Below are positions 10,181-19,516 of a stretch of 64,000 nucleotides of DNA, one piece after another (positions within the stretch are counted from its first letter, which is position 1; every line of letters begins with the position of its first letter). This stretch comes from a virus. The DNA lies in the IMG/VR virus record IMGVR_UViG_3300044695_006747, positions 96,001 through 160,000 of that record. One strand, written 5' to 3'. The notes beneath the pieces are model-generated. The model was given only the letters and a program-made list of their open reading frames with translations. It made no database searches and was not told the DNA's origin. A program made the translations under genes and the position numbers.

Positions 10181-10554
10181 ACTTTTTCCTCATTGCAAAC
10201 TACTGGACTCAGATAAGGAAACATTTGATCAGCAACCTTGATGGCTTCTGTGCATTGTGCTTTAACTGCCAAGTCTCTTGTTTTTTTCCAACTAGTTACT
10301 AGTTCAAAAAATACATCCTCTTTTGTTTCAACGCCAACGCTATTATTAGTTGCCGCTGGAACAGGTTTTGCAACACCTTGCTTTGAACTAAGCAATCCAT
10401 AAACCTTGTCTACTAATTGTTTAATCACTAAAGAAACAGGATTTAATCTATCCTTAAATAAAACCCATGCTATAATTGCTACTCCAGCATATAGGGCTAA
10501 GTCCGTTGGCCCCAGAGAAGATGCGAACTCGTCAAAACTCTGAGCGTAATTCAT
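10177..10554 (-). CDS. Membrane hypothetical protein
   Basis: TM LALYAGVAIIAWVLF. Confidence 0.65.
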   Translation of the reverse strand: MNYAQSFDEFASSLGPTDLALYAGVAIIAWVLFKDRLNPVSLVIKQLVDKVYGLLSSKQGVAKPVPAATNNSVGVETKEDVFFELVTSWKKTRDLAVKAQCTEAIKVADQMFPYLSPVVCNEEKV

Positions 10555-10937
10555 ACTTGACCTTTCTGTAGAAAAATTCCTGTTTGTCTAAAAATCGAAA
10601 CTGTTGCGTCTATGCTAGATGAAACTAGAATCATAAGTACTTTTTTCACATAGCTATGTATGATAGGTTCCAAAAGATTAGGAACAAGAGGAATGTCTAT
10701 TATAGTGAAAGTGGTATCATAAAAAGTATTGATATACTCTATAGCTATAGCTTTCTTATCTTTACCTTCTAAATCTTTTGCTATTGCTTCTATGATTTGT
10801 ACTGTGCTAGCAACTACTAATTGTAGTGCTTTCCACGCCTCACTTAGGGCTACGCTTTTTAGGTTTTTTAGCGACTGTTTTAGTTCTGCTGTTGTTTTTT
10901 CTGCTTGTTCTAGTACTAGTTCTTTTACTGTCATCAT
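10551..10937 (-). CDS. Hypothetical protein
   Basis: 128-aa amphipathic ORF coupled to neighbours. Confidence 0.65.
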   Translation of the reverse strand: MMTVKELVLEQAEKTTAELKQSLKNLKSVALSEAWKALQLVVASTVQIIEAIAKDLEGKDKKAIAIEYINTFYDTTFTIIDIPLVPNLLEPIIHSYVKKVLMILVSSSIDATVSIFRQTGIFLQKGQV

Positions 10938-11208
10938 TATTCTCCTTTTGTTCGGATGGTGCTGTAGATACTAATTTTTCTGTTTCAACTATTTTTTTAA
11001 CTTCATTACGACCTTTAATATATTTAGCTAATATCCATACTTGTCCACTAATCAGTATTATACTTTCAACAGCATGAGATACTACGGATATTAATTCTTC
11101 TTTTTGTTCATTTTCTGTTAATAGTCCTGTTAAATATAGTCCGCTAAATACGAAGCTAACTAATGTGAACCAAAATTCGCTAGTTTTATACCCAGCTTTT
11201 ATTGTCAT
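10840..11208 (-). CDS. Two-TM membrane protein, holin-like
   Basis: GYKTSEFW then two hydrophobic helices and a basic C-terminal tail. Confidence 0.5.
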   Translation of the reverse strand: MTIKAGYKTSEFWFTLVSFVFSGLYLTGLLTENEQKEELISVVSHAVESIILISGQVWILAKYIKGRNEVKKIVETEKLVSTAPSEQKENNDDSKRTSTRTSRKNNSRTKTVAKKPKKRSPK

Positions 11209-11402
11209 GAAGCACTATCTCCAGCATAGTAGCGTGGTTCATCAAATCTAGCATCATATTTGCTTTCGATATCAGTAATTGTAGGAGAGTTTTTAACATA
11301 AGTTTCTATGGTCGAATATTCACCAGTGCGAGTACACGACACTAGTGCTGTTCCGTTTTTGACTGGTTCGCCACTAACCGCTGCTTGAATATCATTGGCC
11401 AT
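11205..11402 (-). CDS. Hypothetical protein
   Basis: 65-aa ORF with RBS and upstream GGTGTATA motif. Confidence 0.6.
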   Translation of the reverse strand: MANDIQAAVSGEPVKNGTALVSCTRTGEYSTIETYVKNSPTITDIESKYDARFDEPRYYAGDSAS

Positions 11403-11459
11403 ATTAAGATTCCTTTATTAATAAATATTAAAGATATTATCTATATACACCGAATCTAA

Positions 11460-13760
11460 TTAGTTACTACTACTACTACTGCTGCTGCTGCTTGATTGAG
11501 TACTACTACCAGAGGAACTACTGCTAGACGGAGGTGCTGACGGACATACAGACGTCACGCCCATATCATAGGTATCTCCTCCTGGGCCAGAACCGCCAAC
11601 TTGTGTCCAATCATTTTGCACGTAATCCGTAGCGCTATATAAAGCCGATCCACCAACAGATGTTGATATGACATATTCTGTTCCGGTCCAGAATAAATAA
11701 TACGTGTTACTATATTGATAGTATTCTCTATTATTATAGAATCCACCACTAATAAATGAACCATTCATGGGTTCGATAAATCCACAGGTTAGTATAGATA
11801 TTGGACCTTGAATCGGAACACTAACTTGAACAACTTCAACACTAGCGACCCAATAGACATCTTCTGATGCGCTGTTATATGAACACGCAATATTTAAGTA
11901 AGGATCGTTGGATAATTGTTCGATGCTAATATTACAATCCCATCCAGCATCGTCTTCATGAATAACGGTTTTAGTAGAAGCTGCGTCTGGCAATATAAAG
12001 CAGTTGCTAAAACCATCATTAGCTCTATTTTCTATTCCTCCTTCAAATTTATAAACGGCTGTTTCGCTAGGAAAATTAGAAGTAGAACCACTTCCCCACC
12101 CGCCATTACGTCTACCAACAACCTTTATTGTAAAATACCAACTGGTCCATGGAGGAACATATAAGTACTGAGATCCTGACATATTTCCATCCAATTTTAG
12201 ATTCACTGTGGTGGATGTATTATCTCTTCCTCTTAAAATAAATTTTCTAGTTTCAGCGTCTCCAGCATCATTAAATGAGCCAGCAGAATAGGTTTGTTCA
12301 CAGTGTAGAGAAGCAACACCAGAAATACCTCCAACTGTAACACCACTTGTATAGGTTGTAATATAGTTATCTAAACCACCTAAAATTGTACAATAATTTG
12401 AGTATGTGGATATATAATTACCGCTTCCTCCAACAATAGAGGTGTATGGAGAATATGATGATATTGTATTTGCTCTTCCTCCACCTATAAAACCATAATC
12501 TCCATAGACTTGATTATTTAGTCCACCTAATACAGAGCTGTAGTATACAGAAGAATAGTTTGATTGTCCACCTACAATAGTTGCATACTGTCCATTTGCT
12601 ACGTTTTGATAGCCTCCAACTATAACGCTTTGCGGGCCAACCAAATTTGATTGACCTCCAACAACTACGCTCTCATGACTATTGGATAGTGTCTGATTAT
12701 TATTTCCGCCACCAATAAAACTATAATTTGATTGTATTCTATTATTTGATCCACCGCACATTACACTGTAGTTACCTTCAGTAACTTGATTGATAGAACT
12801 TCTTGATCTTTGTAAATCTATAGAATATTGTCCTCTAATATTTCCAGCAATATCTGCTTGTAAAGATCCAGTACCAGTAGGCACGATATATAAAGATCCA
12901 TTACTATTTGTAGCAAAAATAGTATTACCATCTATTCTTATATTGTCTATAGTTAGCAACGCTCCGCTTATACTACTAGAGAATAGTCCGCTACCAGTAA
13001 CATTTAATAAAGATCCATTAAAAGTTAAATTACTTTCACCATTGATACCATTGACGGAACCAGTACTGGTGAGTATTCTATTGTCTCCACTATTGGCTAT
13101 AGTTGGTAGTACACCACTAACACCACTATTGAAGTCTGTGATGTTCGATACCGTATGAGTGTGACCAACAACGCTATAATTGCCACTTGGCTGTAGTCCT
13201 GTCACTTCTATAGTATGCGTTCCTGCATTGTTGCTTATGACAACATAACCAGATCCGATTATATTTTTAACTGGTAATAATCCACTCACGCCGCTAGCAA
13301 AATTCGTAATATCGCTAACAATATGAGAATGTCCCACCAAACTTAGTCCTGTGGTCGAAACAACAAAAGAATTAGAGATATCATTGTATGATAAAAGTAT
13401 TCCAGTTCCACCAACAAACAATCCGCTTCCTACTCTATCGTCAACCGCTTCATTGAAATCAGAGATATAAGAACTATCTAGTCCGCTAACATTTATTGTT
13501 AAAGTATTAGAATTATCGTCATGAACAATGCTAACGCCACTGCCTTGTTGCACAAATGTTGCAACTAAATCTCTGATAACTTCATCATCAGCACCAACAT
13601 ACGGCAATAATGCCCAAGGAGTAGATCCATTCCCTATTTTTAATTTACCAGTATCTTTTTCAAATCCCGGTTCTCCTAACGATAACACAGCACCGGATGG
13701 AAAAGCAGAATTATTCCACTCTGATGCTGTTCCTCTTTTAAATTTTATATTGAATGGCAT
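11460..13760 (-). CDS. Tail fibre / receptor-binding protein with Mtd-N-like N-terminal domain
   Basis: KRGTASEW...GEPGFEKDTGKLKIGNG; two GHxHxxSxIT repeats; ~15-aa GGxxN repeats; poly-Ser C-terminus. Confidence 0.75.
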   Translation of the reverse strand: MPFNIKFKRGTASEWNNSAFPSGAVLSLGEPGFEKDTGKLKIGNGSTPWALLPYVGADDEVIRDLVATFVQQGSGVSIVHDDNSNTLTINVSGLDSSYISDFNEAVDDRVGSGLFVGGTGILLSYNDISNSFVVSTTGLSLVGHSHIVSDITNFASGVSGLLPVKNIIGSGYVVISNNAGTHTIEVTGLQPSGNYSVVGHTHTVSNITDFNSGVSGVLPTIANSGDNRILTSTGSVNGINGESNLTFNGSLLNVTGSGLFSSSISGALLTIDNIRIDGNTIFATNSNGSLYIVPTGTGSLQADIAGNIRGQYSIDLQRSRSSINQVTEGNYSVMCGGSNNRIQSNYSFIGGGNNNQTLSNSHESVVVGGQSNLVGPQSVIVGGYQNVANGQYATIVGGQSNYSSVYYSSVLGGLNNQVYGDYGFIGGGRANTISSYSPYTSIVGGSGNYISTYSNYCTILGGLDNYITTYTSGVTVGGISGVASLHCEQTYSAGSFNDAGDAETRKFILRGRDNTSTTVNLKLDGNMSGSQYLYVPPWTSWYFTIKVVGRRNGGWGSGSTSNFPSETAVYKFEGGIENRANDGFSNCFILPDAASTKTVIHEDDAGWDCNISIEQLSNDPYLNIACSYNSASEDVYWVASVEVVQVSVPIQGPISILTCGFIEPMNGSFISGGFYNNREYYQYSNTYYLFWTGTEYVISTSVGGSALYSATDYVQNDWTQVGGSGPGGDTYDMGVTSVCPSAPPSSSSSSGSSTQSSSSSSSSSSN

Positions 13761-13766
13761 AATATA

Positions 13767-14123
13767 TTAGGTTCTTTCTATTCTTTCCTCCAAAGCTTCC
13801 AATGTTTTTCCAAGAGTGGCTATTTGGACTTTGAGTTCGTTTAGTACTTCTGTGTTTCTTTGTAAAGCATTAGCAAAAGCAGATTGAATCTCTTTATTGC
13901 TATTTAATCGTTCCATAATAAACTGTCTATCTTGTAAATATGGACTTTTGCTTTCTACCATCTCAGCAACCTCTGCTTTAGTTGCCATATTTTTACCAAT
14001 AGCAAACCAAAAACCTATAAGAGTTATAATAATTCCAATACAAGTGGTGGCTATGCTTTCCCAAAAATGAACAATTGATTCTGACATATTATAAACCCTT
14101 ATTATGAAATAAGCCAACGACAC
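13767..14123 (-). CDS. Membrane protein with coiled-coil tail (probable start MSES)
   Basis: TM IATTCIGIIITLIGFWFAI then heptad-rich C-terminus. Confidence 0.65.
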   Translation of the reverse strand: MSLAYFIIRVYNMSESIVHFWESIATTCIGIIITLIGFWFAIGKNMATKAEVAEMVESKSPYLQDRQFIMERLNSNKEIQSAFANALQRNTEVLNELKVQIATLGKTLEALEERIERT

Positions 14124-14170
14124 ATCATAGTATCATTGGCTTATTATGTGTCGAATTGTAAATTAAATTA

Positions 14171-14767
14171 TCAGCCTGTTTTGCTCTTATAATCATCTAG
14201 CACTGGAGCTAGCTTACCCGTCTTGTAAACAAGTTCGCCAGGAACAGAGCGAGTGGGACTTGCTGCTTGATCTGTAGATGTTGCTGATGTTGTGTTACCA
14301 GCATTGTTCCAGAAAGCATCAACAGCAGTTGTTGGAGTTGTTGTCCAAGAGCCTGAATAGATATTCCAGTAACCAGCACGAATAGCTGTTGTGGTTCTGG
14401 TGCTTCTAACTTTTTCTTGACGATGAATACTTCTAATTAATCCTGGTTGATCAGCAGCACTACGAAGAACAGTGTTACTAACACCGGCTAATGATGTTGT
14501 GACCTTTTTGGCTACTGGCGACTGATTGTTATAGGCAAAAGTACCAGCGCTAACAGCCTTATCCGAAACATCATCATTTAATACTGTTGAAGCAAATACT
14601 TCTTTATTGTATCGTGATACTCCAACATTATCTAATTTTGTACTTGATGTTCCCACTCTTGCGGCTGCTCCACCATTACCACCAGCGCCGCTACCTTTAG
14701 CATTTGGAGGAACCGAATCATAGTCTGTTCCATTAACTTTAGCAGCATATACTTGAGTTAGTGACAT
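14171..14767 (-). CDS. Hypothetical protein, probably virion-associated
   Basis: Gly/Ala/Thr-rich; next to tail fibre; upstream GGGGTATA motif. Confidence 0.6.
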   Translation of the reverse strand: MSLTQVYAAKVNGTDYDSVPPNAKGSGAGGNGGAAARVGTSSTKLDNVGVSRYNKEVFASTVLNDDVSDKAVSAGTFAYNNQSPVAKKVTTSLAGVSNTVLRSAADQPGLIRSIHRQEKVRSTRTTTAIRAGYWNIYSGSWTTTPTTAVDAFWNNAGNTTSATSTDQAASPTRSVPGELVYKTGKLAPVLDDYKSKTG

Positions 14768-14839
14768 TTTATCTCTCCATATGGTTTGTGATAGACTAAA
14801 TTATCTATACCCCAAATTTATTATAACACAACAAAATTA

Positions 14840-15508
14840 CTAGTTTAATTTTTGACCACAAATGTTAGCCATTTTTTTAAGACTATTAATAGTGTGACAT
14901 TTTATACCAAAAACGCTAGATGTTTTTTGTATTAGATCAATATGAGAATCGTTCCATACGTTACCATTAGAAATAAGCTGTATTTTATCAACCTTTTTGC
15001 TAATTAAACCGCAAGCTAGTATATTATCAGATAAATTATCTAATAAATATCCTGTAGAGGGATATATAGTTTTAATATCATGTCCTATCAAAATTTGTGC
15101 GGCTTTATACATTAATTCTAGGGTGAATACTCTATATTCCAGGATATATCTTATTTCAATTCCTTGTGGATCACACAATTCTTTGACCTTAGTAATATCT
15201 TCTCTAAATTTATCATATTTTCTGTTACATAAAAAATATGAAGGACTAACTATTTCAATAATATCGCATCCTGATCTAATGCAATTCTCAACAGATATTA
15301 ATCTAGACTTTTGGTCCATGACGCCCAATGGATAGTCTATAACGCAAGCTAACTTTATAGATAGTGGTAATAAAGATTTAGCTAGTTTAACTGATGTTGG
15401 TAAAACAGATATCGAATTTGGTCTAAGATTTATAGCATCTGTTATCAGATTTTTTGTTTCTGTTTCATTACTAGCGATATCATAATGAGCGTATTCTATA
15501 TATTTCAT
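14840..15508 (-). CDS. DeoC (deoxyribose-phosphate aldolase)-fold protein lacking the catalytic lysines
   Basis: VIDYPLG, GCDIIEIV, RYILE, YPSTG, SNGNV align to DeoC motifs. Confidence 0.75.
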   Translation of the reverse strand: MKYIEYAHYDIASNETETKNLITDAINLRPNSISVLPTSVKLAKSLLPLSIKLACVIDYPLGVMDQKSRLISVENCIRSGCDIIEIVSPSYFLCNRKYDKFREDITKVKELCDPQGIEIRYILEYRVFTLELMYKAAQILIGHDIKTIYPSTGYLLDNLSDNILACGLISKKVDKIQLISNGNVWNDSHIDLIQKTSSVFGIKCHTINSLKKMANICGQKLN

Positions 15509-16203
15509 TATATTTTTTTTGCATAAGTTTTGAGATAGTCTATATTAGGAAATTTTTTTGTACCCAATACTCCGTCAGCAAAACCATATTCTACCGCTTC
15601 GTCGGCGGTTAGAATCCAATCTCTTTTTGTTGCCAATTGTGTTACTATGTGTTTACGAGCCATTAATCGTTTCCAATTTTTGTCTCTACATATCTTACTA
15701 TTCATACACCTATCCGTAAATATATCTATCATCTTCTCGCTCTCTTTTTCACTCCATTGAATCATACTTAAAGCCGCTTTATGTTCGTTGTCAACACTGA
15801 TAGAGCCGTAATGAACTAAAAAATTTACATTTGGCATCAATACTCTGAGACTAGCTCCCTGTAACAAAACAGTACTACTGGACTCAACTTTTGAATATGC
15901 TAAAATTATAGTTCTTGCTTTGGAATGTTTCAGAGTATCGTATATTCCCAAGCAATCCTGCCAGTCTCCTCCTGGCATATGCATATGAATAAGAATTGGT
16001 TCCAATGATAAAGAATTTAAATATCTGAGATTCTTTTCAAAGATTACAGCAGATCTATAGTCCACTCCAGGTTCGTCATCACTATCACAAAAATATGAGT
16101 GTAAATACATTTCTCTATTATCAACATCTATGTTGTAATTATGTAAATTATTCAACCTATATTCTGTATAATTTTTTTCTTCAGTATTGTTGTGTTTGTT
16201 CAT
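15508..16203 (-). CDS. clpP: ClpP-family serine protease
   Basis: MPGGD, VESSS (Ser), FLVHYG (His), RDWILTADEAVEYGFAD (Asp). Confidence 0.85.
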   Translation of the reverse strand: MNKHNNTEEKNYTEYRLNNLHNYNIDVDNREMYLHSYFCDSDDEPGVDYRSAVIFEKNLRYLNSLSLEPILIHMHMPGGDWQDCLGIYDTLKHSKARTIILAYSKVESSSTVLLQGASLRVLMPNVNFLVHYGSISVDNEHKAALSMIQWSEKESEKMIDIFTDRCMNSKICRDKNWKRLMARKHIVTQLATKRDWILTADEAVEYGFADGVLGTKKFPNIDYLKTYAKKI

Positions 16204-16615
16204 GTTGTTTGACGTTATTCTCTATATTTTTCATTACATCTCTATCTTCAAATACCTTGCCTATGCCAATTCTAAATCTATATCTTGTAAAAATATCTAA
16301 AGTTTCCACACCATCTGTTTTTTCGATTATATTCGCTATTTTTTTGGATAGATTAAAATTTGTGTGGCCAATCCAAAAATTAAATATTTTACTGCTCGCT
16401 GTATATTCATTATAAGGAATTAGACCCATAGGAGTAGCTATAACTCTTATGTGTTTTCCTGGTTGCTGTAATTTGTTTACAGATTCTTTATCCTCTGATA
16501 TACTATCGCTATCTTCTTCATCGAAAAAATTGTTTACATCACTATCGACATCTATTTCATTTTCATCGTATCCTAAAAATGGATCTCTCCATTTTTCCCA
16601 TACAATATAATTCAT
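16181..16615 (-). CDS. Hypothetical protein
   Basis: 144-aa ORF in operon. Confidence 0.7.
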   Translation of the reverse strand: MNYIVWEKWRDPFLGYDENEIDVDSDVNNFFDEEDSDSISEDKESVNKLQQPGKHIRVIATPMGLIPYNEYTASSKIFNFWIGHTNFNLSKKIANIIEKTDGVETLDIFTRYRFRIGIGKVFEDRDVMKNIENNVKQHEQTQQY

Positions 16616-17055
16616 GTTTTTTCTTCCATAACATATGTTTTAAATGCTTTTGATGGTTTAATTAATGGATCATTAGTATAAGATGATATTGTTTTTTTAA
16701 GAGATAAATATTGTTTCAAAAAAAATAGTATATTATCATAAAATAGCAGATGCTGATTAGATATTTGTTTTTGTTCTTCCATATTATGATATAATAAATC
16801 TATCAAATATTTGTTATTATCACAAATTAATGATAAGAAATATGCAATTTTTTCACATTTAGATATACTAGAACTATTAGACAAGATATCCTCAACATCT
16901 GTATTAACTTTACAAAATATCTGTTCTGTTTCTATATTAGCAGATAAAGTTACTGTAACGTCTGTTGGTTCAATATCACTTGATAATTTTGTATCTGAAT
17001 CTATTATTTTTGGTTTTATAAAAATCGATATTAGTTTTTTTATCAAAGCATACAT
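16612..17055 (-). CDS. Hypothetical protein
   Basis: 147-aa ORF in operon. Confidence 0.6.
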   Translation of the reverse strand: MYALIKKLISIFIKPKIIDSDTKLSSDIEPTDVTVTLSANIETEQIFCKVNTDVEDILSNSSSISKCEKIAYFLSLICDNNKYLIDLLYHNMEEQKQISNQHLLFYDNILFFLKQYLSLKKTISSYTNDPLIKPSKAFKTYVMEEKT

Positions 17056-17429
17056 ACTAATTTTCTTAGAGTATCATAGTGTGCAACATATGGTTTTATA
17101 TCAATCCAATAACTATTATTTAGTGAAGTATTGTTTGGTATAAAAATACCATAAAATATTGCTGTAATTAATGTGTTCGATTCTTCATCATACGATAGTT
17201 CAATGTTCAATAGTTTTGGTCTAGACCATTCGAAACTTATATTAACAGATTTTTCAAATAATAATTTTAATATACTATCTAAATTTAGATTATGTTTTTT
17301 AGGATTTAATGTGGATATATCTATTTGAGGAAAAGATAATGAATCCTTATCATTAGATACAATATTGATAGTATCATTATTGAGACCAGCAGTATATAGT
17401 ATACCAATAACTATAGTTTTATTATTCAT
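17043..17429 (-). CDS. Hypothetical protein
   Basis: 128-aa ORF coupled to sigma factor gene. Confidence 0.6.
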   Translation of the reverse strand: MNNKTIVIGILYTAGLNNDTINIVSNDKDSLSFPQIDISTLNPKKHNLNLDSILKLLFEKSVNISFEWSRPKLLNIELSYDEESNTLITAIFYGIFIPNNTSLNNSYWIDIKPYVAHYDTLRKLVCML

Positions 17430-18001
17430 TATTGATTAATTGATTCTCTAATAGTATTTAGGGCCTTCTGAATATTTTGTCTAACAGCTTCTCTGGTAAC
17501 AGAAAATTCTCTTCCTATATCTGCGAGTGTTTTGTTGTCGTAGTAATACATTATAAGCTGCTGTCTTTGTTTTTCAGAAATCGGGGCGCTATCTATTAGG
17601 TTCTTCATATCATTGCTTAAAACTTCTCTTGATTCTTCTTCTTCTACAATATCTGCTGGATTTGCTGCTGTGTTTTCTGTATAATGCATAGCATAGTGAT
17701 CATTATATTTAGCTTGTTTTTTATTCTTTTTAAATTTTGATGTAATATATGTTTTAATCGCCCATATAGCACATTGATTTCTGTATGAGTACATACTCTT
17801 ACCTAATCCCGTAGTTTTTCCTTTTCTGTTTTTATCCCAATTCCAATCGGCCATCATAATAGCTCCAGCTATTTCGGCCACAGTTTCATCATTGCTTAAC
17901 ATTTCCTTGGATAAGCCAGGATAAAATTTAGAAGCAAATTTAGATATGGTTTTTTTAGCTATATTGGTATAGTTCTCTAACGTATCAAATTCCGAAATCA
18001 T
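17429..18001 (-). CDS. Phage RNA polymerase sigma factor (sigma70 family)
   Basis: Region 4 HTH KTLADIGREFSVTREAVRQNIQKAL; region 2-like WDKNRKGK...YSY. Confidence 0.8.
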   Translation of the reverse strand: MISEFDTLENYTNIAKKTISKFASKFYPGLSKEMLSNDETVAEIAGAIMMADWNWDKNRKGKTTGLGKSMYSYRNQCAIWAIKTYITSKFKKNKKQAKYNDHYAMHYTENTAANPADIVEEEESREVLSNDMKNLIDSAPISEKQRQQLIMYYYDNKTLADIGREFSVTREAVRQNIQKALNTIRESINQ

Positions 18002-18037
18002 TATTAAGTCCTCTTGTTAAGTCCTAGAAACAAAAAT

Positions 18038-18919
18038 TTATTTGGTCAATCTTTTCCATTGATCAGAGTCTGGTCTGTCTTTATCTCCTGGTTTGGCTGG
18101 TTTATAGTTTTTGCCCATTTTTTCTCTTTTTTTGCGAATATTCTCCCATAGGCCCGGACGATTCTCTGCTGCTTCTGTATCGGTTTCCGATGGTCCGAAC
18201 ATTACAAAATTATGAATTGTGATCATATAGTCTTCTGTCACAGCGATTTTACCTTGTAACCAGCTTTCTGTCAAGTTTTCTTTTACGGAAGGTTGTTCTA
18301 GAGCATTTATTATATTTTGAGCGTGTGTCATGATGGATTTGATAGATCCAACACTCATCTCAAAGAAATCATTTTTGTACTCCATCATCTCTTGTTCAAC
18401 AGACTCTTTTTCCATCTTATCTACTTGTGTAAAGTCTTGTCCTTTGGATTTTTTAATTTCCATTAGTTTTTGTTTGAGAATCTCTAATTCTATTTCTTTT
18501 TCTAATTTTTCTATCTCCATTTCCATTGGATCGTCTTCTTCTTCAGTATCATCTTCGCTTTCATCTTCATAATCGTAATCGTTCATAGTATCAACCATTT
18601 CACAAGCCTGACCTGTTTTAACTCCTAATTTTTCTTTTGTTGCTTCTGGTAAAGCGGCAACAAATTCTGGTCCTTTACGTTTAGCCATGTTATATAATTT
18701 CTTTAGAAAAGTATCATAACTCATCTTACCTTTCATACGACCAAAATTACTAATAGCGTCAGGTATATCCTGTGGAGATACTATTGGAAAAGATCTTGTT
18801 TCAGGAAATAGGAAATCGCTGTCTTTTAGTTCGCTACGCTTTTGGCCTTTATAGGTTTTTTGAGCCGCACTGGCAAGAGTTTCATTTACGGAATTAAGAA
18901 TATCATTATATCTTGTCAT
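18038..18919 (-). CDS. Multi-module hypothetical phage protein
   Basis: Modules KRSELKDSDFLFPETRSFPI, WLQGKI, GLWENIRKKR separated by acidic linkers. Confidence 0.7.
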   Translation of the reverse strand: MTRYNDILNSVNETLASAAQKTYKGQKRSELKDSDFLFPETRSFPIVSPQDIPDAISNFGRMKGKMSYDTFLKKLYNMAKRKGPEFVAALPEATKEKLGVKTGQACEMVDTMNDYDYEDESEDDTEEEDDPMEMEIEKLEKEIELEILKQKLMEIKKSKGQDFTQVDKMEKESVEQEMMEYKNDFFEMSVGSIKSIMTHAQNIINALEQPSVKENLTESWLQGKIAVTEDYMITIHNFVMFGPSETDTEAAENRPGLWENIRKKREKMGKNYKPAKPGDKDRPDSDQWKRLTK

Positions 18920-18963
18920 TGTGATACCTTTCTGCTTTGTAATTTAGCGAATAATTATTATAT

Positions 18964-19503
18964 TTAAACTTGTAAAGTTAAGAAATTATCAACGCCCATT
19001 TGTTCTATCAATTTTAGATAGCTCTCATATAAAGCTATACCATCTTCGCTTCCTTGCAAGAGTGGTATCATAATATTTGCAGTAATTTCATCTCCAATAG
19101 ATCTAGCAGCAACAATTGTTTCTCTCTCTACTTTAGAAGCTTTACGAACACTATCCAAATTATATTGGATTAGGGCTACCATATCATGTCTAGTCCATAC
19201 TGGTTGATTTATAGATAGTGGTTGATAATTAACATCAAAAAACTCTAGTCTCTTTACATTTTCTGCGGCGTGTTGGTGTTCTTGTTCCGCATCTTGTTTT
19301 ATAATATTAGCAAGTTTTTTATATCCCCATCTTTCTAGATGCACGGCCTGTGCTGTTAATGCTGTACATTGTTCCCAATGAATATTTAATGATTGTTTTA
19401 ACAGATCAATGACTGTTGAGGAACTATATCCTTCTACTGTTTGGGCCTGTGAGGAATTTTCTTGTTGAGATAAAAGTTCCTGAATAGTTTTTTCATCGCT
19501 CAT
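18964..19503 (-). CDS. Bacterioferritin/ferritin-like protein
   Basis: HLERWGYKKLA, EQEHQHA, RLEFF pattern of Bfr helices. Confidence 0.75.
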   Translation of the reverse strand: MSDEKTIQELLSQQENSSQAQTVEGYSSSTVIDLLKQSLNIHWEQCTALTAQAVHLERWGYKKLANIIKQDAEQEHQHAAENVKRLEFFDVNYQPLSINQPVWTRHDMVALIQYNLDSVRKASKVERETIVAARSIGDEITANIMIPLLQGSEDGIALYESYLKLIEQMGVDNFLTLQV

Positions 19504-19516
19504 TATTATTCCTTTA

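Noticed and set aside
11461-11525. (AGT/AGC)n microsatellite
   Set aside because: Encodes the poly-Ser tail with mixed codons; not an independent DNA repeat
11460-13760. Diversity-generating retroelement target suggested by the Mtd-like N-terminus
   Set aside because: No reverse transcriptase and no template/variable repeat pair visible; Mtd-N is a common fibre anchor
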